From: Candidatus Aenigmatarchaeota archaeon | GTDB lineage: Archaea > Aenigmatarchaeota > Aenigmatarchaeia > JACPZZ01 | Length of the DNA: 54,754 nucleotides | NCBI GenBank assembly: GCA_016177205.1 | Contig: JACOVS010000039.1 | Coordinates: 1 to 54,754 of the forward strand | Reading direction: 5' to 3' | In this document: piece after piece, positions 7,494 to 16,258 of the stretch | Layout: each line of letters begins with the position of its first letter | Position numbering within the stretch: the stretch's first letter is position 1 | Notes under the pieces: generated by a model | What the model was told of the DNA's origin: nothing | What the model saw: only the letters and a program-made list of their open reading frames with translations | Databases searched by the model: none | Made by a program: the position numbers and the translations under genes

Positions 7494-10192
7494 CAGCTGC
7501 ACCCGCACACGGTTTTGTAATCTTCTCCCGCCGCTTTCGCCAGCTGCCCAAGCGTGCATTTGTTCGCGCCGCAGATCAGCGCGTTCTTTTCAGCGTAATC
7601 AACGCCCGAGCACACGAAATCGCCTGTGCATTGCGCTATGCCGCAGCAGGCCCGCATTGCCAGTTTTGCCGCGTCCTTAGGATTTTTTTCTATGTTACAC
7701 TGCAATATGTTCATGTCAATGTTTTTCAGCGGCTCGAAAGGCCGGAAGGGCCATGTCGTGTCGTACTCGGTCCACATTTCTATGGAGTTGCACGCAGGTT
7801 GCAAGAGCCAGCCGTACACGGCGAGCTTTCCAACGTCCGCTATCACAGAGCACGCCAGCGAGCCGTAAAATCCCGCTGCCATTTCGTTGAACTTGCCCTC
7901 GTCAAAGTAGCAGTAGTTTGAACGCCCTGGTGTTGGGCATTTATCGACGTCTGCGATGACTACAGGCTCGCCGTTCTTGGATCCGTCCTCGTAAAAGCTG
8001 ATTTGCGCCAGGCACGGAGAAACGAGGTGGAACCTTGGATTTTTCTCAAAAGAAAACGCGCCCAACCCAGCCCCGAGGGGCGACGTGAAACCGTCGCGTT
8101 TTAGCTTCAAGTCAACGGCTTTTGAGACAACGTAAACCGTTTCATAATCCTTTATCCGTTCTTCCGCGACGTCCGATTTTCTCTGCTCGACCCCCTTCTG
8201 GTTCAAACACACCGTATTGGATTCGCAGCCCGCGTTTGGCGATTTAAGGTAGCTATACTTCAACTCGTCCTCGACGTCGCTCGCGGCGTAGCCCATGACG
8301 TTCATTTTTATGAATTTGCTTGTCCCCTTTGGGCTCCACCCGTCCAGGCTGTCGTAAATTGCGTACGGCAAAAATTCGTACTCGTCCTTTGCCATCAGCG
8401 CCAGCATTTCCGGCTCCCGTTTCCAGGAAGCGGAAAATTTCGCGATTTCCAGCGCGTCGTCCGCGTCGCCTGTTATGCTGTTGGCCAGTTTCAGCTCGCT
8501 TTCGTAATCGCGCAACAGTCTTTTTCCGTAATTCGGCACGTCGAATTTTTTGTTCACGGATTCTATTACGTCGTCGCCAACACCCGCAGCTTTTAATTCA
8601 GTTATATAACTGCTTCTCAATTTTGACGCGATCGACGCTACGTCTCCGTCAGTTGCTGTTCCGGACAGGAATCTTCCGTAAGCGCCCGACGTAACCCCGG
8701 TTCCTGCGCCGTCCGTGGCTGTTTTCAGAGACGATTCCAAAAACGAGAATATCGCCGTATCCGTCTCCGCGCCCGCGATTATGGCCTTGTCGCTTGCGAA
8801 GAATTTTCCTGTAATAGCGGCCATGCTGTCCGGGTCTGTGATTTGTGTCTCAAGTTTCAGGCCCGCAAACCTCTTTTGTATGTTCTCCGAAATTTCCGGC
8901 AGCAGGTTTCCTTGGTCGTCGAAGAATCTCATGGAGCGGAAAACCGGTATCGCGTCAACGCTCTTGGAAAATCTTTTTATGCCGGTTTGTTCAAAAAATG
9001 AAGTTATCGGCCTGGACGGATAAAGACCGTATCTTGCCGCCATCTTCCGCGAGTTTGCGTCAAAAGATTCTTTCGCCTTTTTCATCGCGCCGTTCATCAG
9101 CCCGTAAAACCCTTTGTCGGCTGTTTCCGAATCCTGGACAATTTTTCTGAAAGTGATTTTTGACAGGTCCGTTATCTCGTTCTGCAGCGCAACATCGGCC
9201 GCTTTGTACGCGAAAAAGCTGTCAAGGTTCCTGCCCATCTGTTTTTCTTCTTCCACTGCGCTACTGCCCAGTTTGTTTATCAAATTTTGCAACTCCGCCC
9301 TTTTCCCGGCAGGAACAACAGCCTTTTGCACCAGCTCCCCGGTTGCCGTATCCTCTGCGTTTACCATCTTCACGGCAAACTGGTCGCCAAGTTCCTCCGC
9401 CAAATCGTCCTGTATCTTTATCACCTCTATCAGCCCGTTGTCGTCCATTGTTTTCAGGAAACCGAGCCCCACGGTTCTACCGAAAATATTCGGCGCGGTT
9501 TTTGCGGTTATCCATTTTTTCGCGGACAGAACAATTTTGTCAACCCCTGTTACCTCGAAAATGAATTTCATCGAGTTTGTGAGCCCTTTTGTAGCGAGCC
9601 CGCCAAGATACTCCACACCCTTTAGCGGAAGGGTTATCGGCGTTGCGATTATCTTTGCGCCTTTTGCAAAATACTCCGCAACCTCGCCCGCCCGGGTCTT
9701 TGAAACTTTGCTGGCTATCTGGCCGCCTATCCCTGAGGCTTTCAGCGACGACAGGGTCCCGCTGAAAAGCGACAGCCCCATGTTTATGCCGATTATCTGG
9801 GCCATGTTTTTCGTGAAAGGATAGCTCTCGTCGAATTTGTACAGCCCTTGCGCCAGGTTTTCCGGCGATTCCGGGAAGTGCTCCCAGTATATCATGTACT
9901 CGGGTGTGGAGAGGGCTCTATAATCTACAGGGTTCAATGTCAGCGGGCTTCCGACCTTGTTCTGGCACAGCATCGCGTACGTCGTATAGGGGCTGTCTTT
10001 TGTGTAAGTGCCTGTAGTCGCAACGGTATCGACGGCGACTTTTATGTTGTTCGCGGTTTTTTTCGCCAGGTCGTCGCAGTAAGGCCCGCCTATCAGCGTG
10101 TAGATGACATAGGCCGTAATGAACAGTATTAGAATTCCGGCAAGAAGGAAGACCTGGTCCTGGCCGAACCCCTTTTTGTGACTTAGCATCAA
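7493..10192 (-). CDS. giant pilin-like protein (899 aa) with Gly/Ala-rich helical centre and Cys-rich C-terminus
   Basis: HKKG|FGQDQVFLLAGILILFI class III signal; many Cys in the last ~240 aa. Confidence 0.75.
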   Translation of the reverse strand: MMLSHKKGFGQDQVFLLAGILILFITAYVIYTLIGGPYCDDLAKKTANNIKVAVDTVATTGTYTKDSPYTTYAMLCQNKVGSPLTLNPVDYRALSTPEYMIYWEHFPESPENLAQGLYKFDESYPFTKNMAQIIGINMGLSLFSGTLSSLKASGIGGQIASKVSKTRAGEVAEYFAKGAKIIATPITLPLKGVEYLGGLATKGLTNSMKFIFEVTGVDKIVLSAKKWITAKTAPNIFGRTVGLGFLKTMDDNGLIEVIKIQDDLAEELGDQFAVKMVNAEDTATGELVQKAVVPAGKRAELQNLINKLGSSAVEEEKQMGRNLDSFFAYKAADVALQNEITDLSKITFRKIVQDSETADKGFYGLMNGAMKKAKESFDANSRKMAARYGLYPSRPITSFFEQTGIKRFSKSVDAIPVFRSMRFFDDQGNLLPEISENIQKRFAGLKLETQITDPDSMAAITGKFFASDKAIIAGAETDTAIFSFLESSLKTATDGAGTGVTSGAYGRFLSGTATDGDVASIASKLRSSYITELKAAGVGDDVIESVNKKFDVPNYGKRLLRDYESELKLANSITGDADDALEIAKFSASWKREPEMLALMAKDEYEFLPYAIYDSLDGWSPKGTSKFIKMNVMGYAASDVEDELKYSYLKSPNAGCESNTVCLNQKGVEQRKSDVAEERIKDYETVYVVSKAVDLKLKRDGFTSPLGAGLGAFSFEKNPRFHLVSPCLAQISFYEDGSKNGEPVVIADVDKCPTPGRSNYCYFDEGKFNEMAAGFYGSLACSVIADVGKLAVYGWLLQPACNSIEMWTEYDTTWPFRPFEPLKNIDMNILQCNIEKNPKDAAKLAMRACCGIAQCTGDFVCSGVDYAEKNALICGANKCTLGQLAKAAGEDYKTVCGCS

Positions 10193-10204
10193 ATAATAAT
10201 CTGC

Positions 10205-10312
10205 TTTCTTTCCCTTAAGGCTATCCCAAGGTTGTTTTCTCTTATCTTAAGGCTTTTCCAAATCTTTTCTTTTTACCTTAAGGGTTTTTCTTTTTTAAAA
10301 GAAAAAGCTTAT
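10205..10312. repeat. family A repeat: three TTTCT..CTTAAGG units plus T/A hairpin
   Basis: units start at 10205, 10235 and 10265; the last 48 nt recur at 13218-13266. Confidence 0.8.
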
Positions 10313-10635
10313 CAGCAACCGCAGAACGTTTTTACTTTGTCGGGCGAGATCCCTATCTTGTCCGCCGCCGACCCAAGGGATATCTGGTTTTTTAAGTCCC
10401 CGGAACCGAAAGCGGACCTTAAATTTTCCGGCACAGTGCACCAGACCTGGTCCGGGTTGATACATGTCAACGGCATGTTCAACTGGCAGCATGATCGGAC
10501 GAATGTCTGCTTGCCCAGGTCGCTCGTCGGCTGCTGGCCGCCGAAAATTATGACACCGACCAGGACGGCCAACACAACAATAGCAAGAACTATAATGACC
10601 ATTAACTCAACGGCCATCATGCCCTTTTTTCGCAT
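10312..10635 (-). CDS. type IV prepilin
   Basis: MRKKG|MMAVELMVIIVLAIVV; Cys-rich head ending CGC. Confidence 0.85.
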   Translation of the reverse strand: MRKKGMMAVELMVIIVLAIVVLAVLVGVIIFGGQQPTSDLGKQTFVRSCCQLNMPLTCINPDQVWCTVPENLRSAFGSGDLKNQISLGSAADKIGISPDKVKTFCGC

Positions 10636-10668
10636 AATATCACACGCCTTCCATCGTATTTTCGTTGA

Positions 10669-11097
10669 TCACGCCTTGACGCATTTTTTCGCCGAGTCGT
10701 CGCATTTTAACCCGGTCGCGCACTTCACAGTGTAACTGCCGCACGCGCTGTCAACCCCGACAGCAAGCACGCCGCAGCATCTTATCTGGCAGTTTTTCGG
10801 GTCTGTTATTCCGGCTTTGTTGCACTGCTCCCACAGGTTTATCTTTTCGCCTTTCAAAGTTATTTCCGAGTCGTCCAGAACTTTTTTGCACGCGGTCTCT
10901 TCGTAATTCACGCCGCACGCGCTGTTCGCGCACCCCACGCCGCCTTGGTAGGTTGCGCACGCAAACTCCAGATTGCCGCCCTGTTTCGCGCTGTTCAGGT
11001 TGGGAATCACGAAAACGAAAACTATTCCCAGTATGACCGCCAAAAGGACCACGCCTATGACAACAACCGTCGCAAGGTTTATTTCTCTCTCAGGCAT
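10669..11097 (-). CDS. Cys-rich pilin-like protein
   Basis: N-terminal hydrophobic helix, many Cys; lacks the canonical KG cleavage site. Confidence 0.7.
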   Translation of the reverse strand: MPEREINLATVVVIGVVLLAVILGIVFVFVIPNLNSAKQGGNLEFACATYQGGVGCANSACGVNYEETACKKVLDDSEITLKGEKINLWEQCNKAGITDPKNCQIRCCGVLAVGVDSACGSYTVKCATGLKCDDSAKKCVKA

Positions 11098-11102
11098 CTA
11101 AA

Positions 11103-11297
11103 TCAGCACTGTATCCTTAAACCCTTCATCAGCTGGCACAACGCGTCGCCTATCAACGGGACAGCGTTTAATCCTGCCGGTTTCCCTATCACAGCGACGA
11201 GCAAAACGCCCGCACCCAGGATTATTACCAGGCCGGCGACAACCAGCGCAAGCAGCAGGGGCTTGTCGCCTATCTGTCCCTTACTGGCATTTGCCAT
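11103..11297 (-). CDS. very small prepilin-like protein
   Basis: SKG|QIGDKPLLLALVV hydrophobic helix, C-terminal Cys pair. Confidence 0.7.
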   Translation of the reverse strand: MANASKGQIGDKPLLLALVVAGLVIILGAGVLLVAVIGKPAGLNAVPLIGDALCQLMKGLRIQC

Positions 11298-11607
11298 AAT
11301 TCGTACCCCTTATTTCAGACACGCATTTTTTCCCGGCCGCGCAATCCTCGTTGTTGTCTATTCCCTTCCACGCCCTGCACCCGCACTCATTCTTGCCTTC
11401 AACGGTGTGCACGCACGCTTTGTTGTCGGTATTTCCGCAGAAATCCTGTTTTGCCAGGCACCCTGCCGCGGATATTATCTCGTTCCTGTCCCTTTCAACG
11501 TTCTCGCCGCTGCTTTTTATCCAGCCAAGGTAGAGTGCCAGCAATACCAGCGCAATGACCAGCGCCATCATCAACGCGAAATTGTATTCTGACATGCCTT
11601 TCCGCAT
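11281..11607 (-). CDS. Cys-rich prepilin
   Basis: MRKG|MSEYNFALMMALVIAL; eight Cys. Confidence 0.8.
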   Translation of the reverse strand: MRKGMSEYNFALMMALVIALVLLALYLGWIKSSGENVERDRNEIISAAGCLAKQDFCGNTDNKACVHTVEGKNECGCRAWKGIDNNEDCAAGKKCVSEIRGTNYGKCQ

Positions 11608-11642
11608 AGGATTATTTTGTTTTTGCCGACTTTATTATCCAT

Positions 11643-13193
11643 CTATGGGTTGTTTATGTTGGGGGGCATTACTTTTGTCAGCGAAATATCCTTGAACCCG
11701 TTCCTTCCTTTATCGTCCGCTCTCTCATCAAAGGCGGGAGGCGGGAATTCCTTGCCGTTCGGGTAAAACCATCTAACTGTTCCTGTTCCGTCCGTTACCC
11801 GTATGTTGTCGTAATACGAAACCACTTGCTGGTTGTTGCCGGCGTCGTATCCTATCACAACATCAACGATGTCCACAGCCTTGCCCCATACGCCGGGCGG
11901 CGCGGGTAAAATTCTGTGGTACCATTTTCCGCACGCAAACTCTGTAAGGTCCATACCCGAAGCGTCTGAAACGTCTGGTTTCGCTCTAACCCATTCGTTG
12001 TTTAACCAGTCATACGACCATCTCCAGTACGGAAGGTTGTTCCATTCATTGTACGGGTCAGCCTTGGCCCTTAGTTCTATCCCCCCGACCTCCTTTTCGC
12101 ACGTGCGGAGGAATACGTCATACTCGATAATGTCGCCGGGTCTTATTGTGTACGGCGAATCTATTTCATACGCTTTCAAATACAGCAACTTACCTTCGCC
12201 GGTTGCTGCCAGTTTGAGTATCTCGTCTGAGTGCGCCCCTATATCGCTTTGCGGGCTCGCCTGAGTCGGAGGTACGTACACTACCGGTATGACCATCGCA
12301 CTGGTTTTATCTTGATCGTACCTGCAAGTTCCCCCGCACCCCTCCTTTTCAAGGAGAGCCGAACTTTCTTCGAAAAAGACGTGTTTGTCGCCGTTCGTAG
12401 ATTTTATCACTATGTTATCGTAAAGCGCTGCATAAACAACGCCGCCCTTGGTGTCTTTAGTTTCGTAAGTTTCACCGCCCATTACCAGTGATATCTTCTC
12501 AAGCGTCTTGCCCCCCTTTGGTATAGGCAATACCCTGTGGTACCATTTCCTGTAGGCATAAGGTGTCATATCGCTGTCTTTGGCCGCTTTCGTCGGGTCT
12601 TTATCGCAGTTTTTAAGTGTTCCAACAAGACCCACGCCATCCTTCCAGCTATCATCGTCGTCCATCTTGCCTCCTGTTGTTTCAATGGTTATCCCGCCTG
12701 TACAGGGTGTTTTCAAAGGCAGGTAAACATCATACTCCAGCACATCCCCGTTTTTTATAAGGTACTGGGTTGATCCTCCTATCGGCACGCCTGCTGAAAT
12801 TTTCAGTCGTATTTTATTGCCGCCAGAAGCGCTGGTCGGCGCAATAAAGTGCAACACGTTCCCGCTCGGCCGGCCTACGTAATTAAGCAGTGCCTTGCAC
12901 GCGTCACTTGGTTCGCATTTGTTGTTCTTGCACGTTTCTTCCGTCGAACACAACCTGCCCGACGAGGTTGGCGTAGCTTCGCATAGGGCGCCGCACTGGG
13001 CCGGTGTCGTCGTACCGTCGCCCGAAGAGCCGCTGCTGTCAGGAATTATCTTATTCAGCCACGGAACTTTATTCAAGAAATCCTTGAAAGCGCCGGATGT
13101 ATTCAAACCAACTATAACACCCAGAACAACAAGAAGGACAATAACGCCCAGCGCTAACCCCAAAACGTGCGCGTCCATCCCTTTTCTTGTCAT
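11643..13193 (-). CDS. prepilin-fused adhesin with two repeated beta-rich domains
   Basis: MTRKG|MDAHVLGLAL; internal repeat GD.(L/I)EYDV(Y/F)L..GGI..KWYHR.LP.P..YDNI occurs twice. Confidence 0.8.
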   Translation of the reverse strand: MTRKGMDAHVLGLALGVIVLLVVLGVIVGLNTSGAFKDFLNKVPWLNKIIPDSSGSSGDGTTTPAQCGALCEATPTSSGRLCSTEETCKNNKCEPSDACKALLNYVGRPSGNVLHFIAPTSASGGNKIRLKISAGVPIGGSTQYLIKNGDVLEYDVYLPLKTPCTGGITIETTGGKMDDDDSWKDGVGLVGTLKNCDKDPTKAAKDSDMTPYAYRKWYHRVLPIPKGGKTLEKISLVMGGETYETKDTKGGVVYAALYDNIVIKSTNGDKHVFFEESSALLEKEGCGGTCRYDQDKTSAMVIPVVYVPPTQASPQSDIGAHSDEILKLAATGEGKLLYLKAYEIDSPYTIRPGDIIEYDVFLRTCEKEVGGIELRAKADPYNEWNNLPYWRWSYDWLNNEWVRAKPDVSDASGMDLTEFACGKWYHRILPAPPGVWGKAVDIVDVVIGYDAGNNQQVVSYYDNIRVTDGTGTVRWFYPNGKEFPPPAFDERADDKGRNGFKDISLTKVMPPNINNP

Positions 13194-13217
13194 TTTTGAC
13201 CTCTTGATTATCTATTA

Positions 13218-13266
13218 TTTTCTTTTTACCTTAAGGGTTTTTCTTTTTTAAAAGAAAAAAGCTTAT
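13218..13266. repeat. family A repeat copy
   Basis: identical to 10265-10312 except one extra A. Confidence 0.85.
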
Positions 13267-13466
13267 ATATTACAAATGGCCGACCCGAACCCGCCCATGG
13301 ATGTCGCTAAAAACCCGCATATCCCTTTTCCAACAGTCATCGCAAGCCCGCCCGAACCCGCCTCTTCATTTGCGAACGCTATCACAACAACCAGGACAAC
13401 TATGGCCACGACAACCGCGCCGATGAAAACAAGCATGGCGCTCGTTATGCCTTTTTTATCAGTCAC
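13263..13466 (-). CDS. very small prepilin
   Basis: DKKG|ITSAMLVFIGAVVV; C-terminal Cys pair. Confidence 0.75.
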   Translation of the reverse strand: MTDKKGITSAMLVFIGAVVVAIVVLVVVIAFANEEAGSGGLAMTVGKGICGFLATSMGGFGSAICNI

Positions 13467-13711
13467 TTAACCACTCCCACCGTGTGCGCATAAAGCCACG
13501 TCGACGCCCTTAGCGGGAAGCAAACGGTTTTATCAACCAGTCCGCCGCCCACGTCGCACGCGTTCGGTATGTTCGCGCCGGATGAAATGCCCTGTAACGC
13601 TATTATAACCGCTATTATCACGGCTAACGCCACTATAGCCAGTATCGCAAGGAAAAAAGTCTTTCCCGCCTCCGCCTCTATCTGCCCCTTCACCATTGCC
13701 GTTTTCATTTT
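13463..13711 (-). CDS. small prepilin
   Basis: MVKG|QIEAEAGKTFFLAILAIV; start uncertain (ORF is open to 13738; MKTAMVKG begins at 13708). Confidence 0.7.
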   Translation of the reverse strand, partial: KMKTAMVKGQIEAEAGKTFFLAILAIVALAVIIAVIIALQGISSGANIPNACDVGGGLVDKTVCFPLRASTWLYAHTVGVVK

Positions 13712-13753
13712 AATAGTTTCCTTTCCACCAAAGCCCAAGATTTTTCTTTTCCC

Positions 13754-14182
13754 TTATCGCCTGTCCACATCCACTTCTATCAGCGACGCCCCGCCGGTTA
13801 ATGATATTTTGACGTCGTAAACCTTTTTATCAGCGTTTATCGTATCGCCCGTGTATTTCCACGCTAGGTTTTCACAGTCCGTATCCGCGAGCTTGGCCGC
13901 TATTTCCGCAGCTCCGAGAGAACCGGACGTGGATTTGTATTGCGACGTGCTGTCAAAGCCTTTTGCAAAACTGCTTCTCGACTGCCAGAGGCTGCACATG
14001 CCGTACGCTATCCTCGTCGCAAGCACGTCTGCGTTGTCCACGTACAAGTCGCCCGTTTCTGGTAGCTGGTTGAACCTTATCAGCCTTGGCAGTATCAATG
14101 ACGCTACCCCGTATAGCAGGGACGCTACAATGAACGCCGCAACTAGCCAGAACAAAAACCTTGGCTGGTCGGCGGCTGCCAT
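13754..14182 (-). CDS. membrane-anchored pilus accessory protein
   Basis: N-terminal TM helix; start overlaps the platform-gene stop. Confidence 0.65.
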   Translation of the reverse strand: MAAADQPRFLFWLVAAFIVASLLYGVASLILPRLIRFNQLPETGDLYVDNADVLATRIAYGMCSLWQSRSSFAKGFDSTSQYKSTSGSLGAAEIAAKLADTDCENLAWKYTGDTINADKKVYDVKISLTGGASLIEVDVDRR

Positions 14183-16254
14183 TATAATCCTCCGATTATG
14201 CTGTCTTTTATCTGCGACCCCAGCGTCGAATAAACAACAGTTATCGCCAGCACGTAAACGACCAGCGAAATGAACATGTTAATAGATAGCGTGTGGTAAA
14301 GATTTATCCTGTCCTCGCCCGTTTCAATCTTGCTGACAAAGTACGACAACAATCCGGCGACCTCGATCATGTAGATTCCTACGACCAATTGGAACACCTC
14401 TGCCGTTACCCCGCCCTTGTCAAGCCCGACTGTCAAAAATAACGGCAAACTGGAGCCGACGCCCTGCGCGGTCAGGTCCGCTAATTTTTCTCCGAGAACT
14501 TTGATTATGTCCAGCATTATCAGCGCCATCGTCACCGTCACGCCGGCGACCATCGGTGCAAGGATCGCGCCCAAAAATTTCATGCTTGTCGTGCTCTCGC
14601 CCAGGATATCGCGCAGCTCCTCTTCGATGGCGTGAACGTCTTTAAGGTAACGGGAAATGGACAGCATGGATTGGGATGCGTTGTAAACGCCCTTCCTGAC
14701 CGCTTCCACGACAACCTTCATCACCGAGATTATGAGGCTGGACGGGTAATACCAAACGGCTCCGTAGTTTTTGTCGAATATAGCCTGCTCAAAGGTCATG
14801 CCCAGCCTCTTTATATTTTGAACGATGCGGCCGAAGAAATCGGATATTCCAAGGTCGCGGATTTTTTCCTGGTTCTTATCTATTGCGTTTTCTATCGGCG
14901 TCCCTGACGATAACTGGTTGCCTAAATGGAAAATCGCTTCCGCAAACTCGTTCTCGACGCTTATTACTTTCCTGCGTACGCTTGTTCTCTGGAAACTTTC
15001 CAGGAACGCATAAAGTGACATTGGCAGCGAGATTGATGCGATGATTACAGTCGAGTACATCACGCGCGCAAAAGACGTTGCCGCGCTGTTCGTCATGCCG
15101 CTGTAGCCGATGAAGAAAAGCGCGGCGAAAAGCAGGGCCGGCAGTATGTATGTCCTGATTTCGATTTTTTTGCCCGACAAATGCGCCCGGAAATAGCCTT
15201 CCTTGGGCGTGTCCGGGTGCTCTGAAACGTCCGGTTTCGACAGCGTCGGCGGTTTCGTCGCCAATATGTTTGACGTGTACCAGTACAGCCCTAGGAACAA
15301 GAATACGTCGTACCCGAGGAAAAGCATGTACGGTTGCACTATGTTAGAAAGGAATAACACCAGCACAGGGAACATCACGAGCCCCATTATCGGCAGCAAA
15401 ATCCCCATTGCGTGAATGATCAGCAGCGGCATACGCAAGTTTTGCGCGTAGTGGCCCATCCTCTCCCTTGTTCCTTTCAGTATCACGTCAACGGCCTCGT
15501 CCAGCATTACAAGGCGCTTTTTCTCGGGCTGGTCCACCGAATTCCGTATCAGCGTCAGCGCCGAAGAGAACTCCTCGTTTTCGTTTTTCCACCGCGAACT
15601 GATGTATTTGTCAAGGGCCCTGTCTATGCTGTCCTCCTTTCTCATGTATATGTCCCACAGCAGCTTCCGGAAATCCAAAGCGAGCGGTCCCGTAAGGTTC
15701 GTCGCAACGAATTTGACAGCGTTCTCCAGGTTGGGGGATATTCTCATGGAGATAACCATGTAAACGACCGATAACACGATCTCTTCCGACGCCTTTACGC
15801 GGAAATCGCGCGCTTTTTTTGCCGGATAGCCGTGGATATAAACTCCCGACAGTATGGAAAAAACCAGCATGGTAACGCCGATGAATATCGGCACGGCCCC
15901 AATTGCGGCCGCGGCAACTGAAACCAGGACGAGAAATATCGGCAGAAGGAACGCTGCCGATGTTATACCCGCGGGCGTGCACTGCAAACCGGTGAAGTCT
16001 ATCTCTTTGCGCAACTGCTCTGCGGAGCTCTTCGAAGGCTCGACCTTGAGTATTTTTTCGGAAATGGAACAAAGTTTTTCGTAGATATTCAGTTTCTTCT
16101 TGGCCCCCCTCTCTTCGGTCTTGAAGGTTTTGTAGTCAAGGGACAGGAATTGTTCCTCGCTCCTTTCATCGTCTCCGCTGTCCTCGAAAATCCTGGGTTC
16201 GTAATCGCGCGCTATCCTGTTTAGTTCGTCCTCGTCTATTCGTCTCTCTCCCAT
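14182..16254 (-). CDS. type IV pilus membrane platform protein (TadC/ArlJ/PilC-like, two T2SSF domains)
   Basis: multiple TM segments, PNLENAV and G.PIENAI T2SSF-type motifs, directly downstream of the ATPase. Confidence 0.85.
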   Translation of the reverse strand: MGERRIDEDELNRIARDYEPRIFEDSGDDERSEEQFLSLDYKTFKTEERGAKKKLNIYEKLCSISEKILKVEPSKSSAEQLRKEIDFTGLQCTPAGITSAAFLLPIFLVLVSVAAAAIGAVPIFIGVTMLVFSILSGVYIHGYPAKKARDFRVKASEEIVLSVVYMVISMRISPNLENAVKFVATNLTGPLALDFRKLLWDIYMRKEDSIDRALDKYISSRWKNENEEFSSALTLIRNSVDQPEKKRLVMLDEAVDVILKGTRERMGHYAQNLRMPLLIIHAMGILLPIMGLVMFPVLVLFLSNIVQPYMLFLGYDVFLFLGLYWYTSNILATKPPTLSKPDVSEHPDTPKEGYFRAHLSGKKIEIRTYILPALLFAALFFIGYSGMTNSAATSFARVMYSTVIIASISLPMSLYAFLESFQRTSVRRKVISVENEFAEAIFHLGNQLSSGTPIENAIDKNQEKIRDLGISDFFGRIVQNIKRLGMTFEQAIFDKNYGAVWYYPSSLIISVMKVVVEAVRKGVYNASQSMLSISRYLKDVHAIEEELRDILGESTTSMKFLGAILAPMVAGVTVTMALIMLDIIKVLGEKLADLTAQGVGSSLPLFLTVGLDKGGVTAEVFQLVVGIYMIEVAGLLSYFVSKIETGEDRINLYHTLSINMFISLVVYVLAITVVYSTLGSQIKDSIIGGL

Positions 16255-16258
16255 CGTA

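Noticed and set aside
10205..10312. Mini CRISPR array
   Set aside because: Units are degenerate, spacers are only about 12-14 nt, and no cas genes are present.
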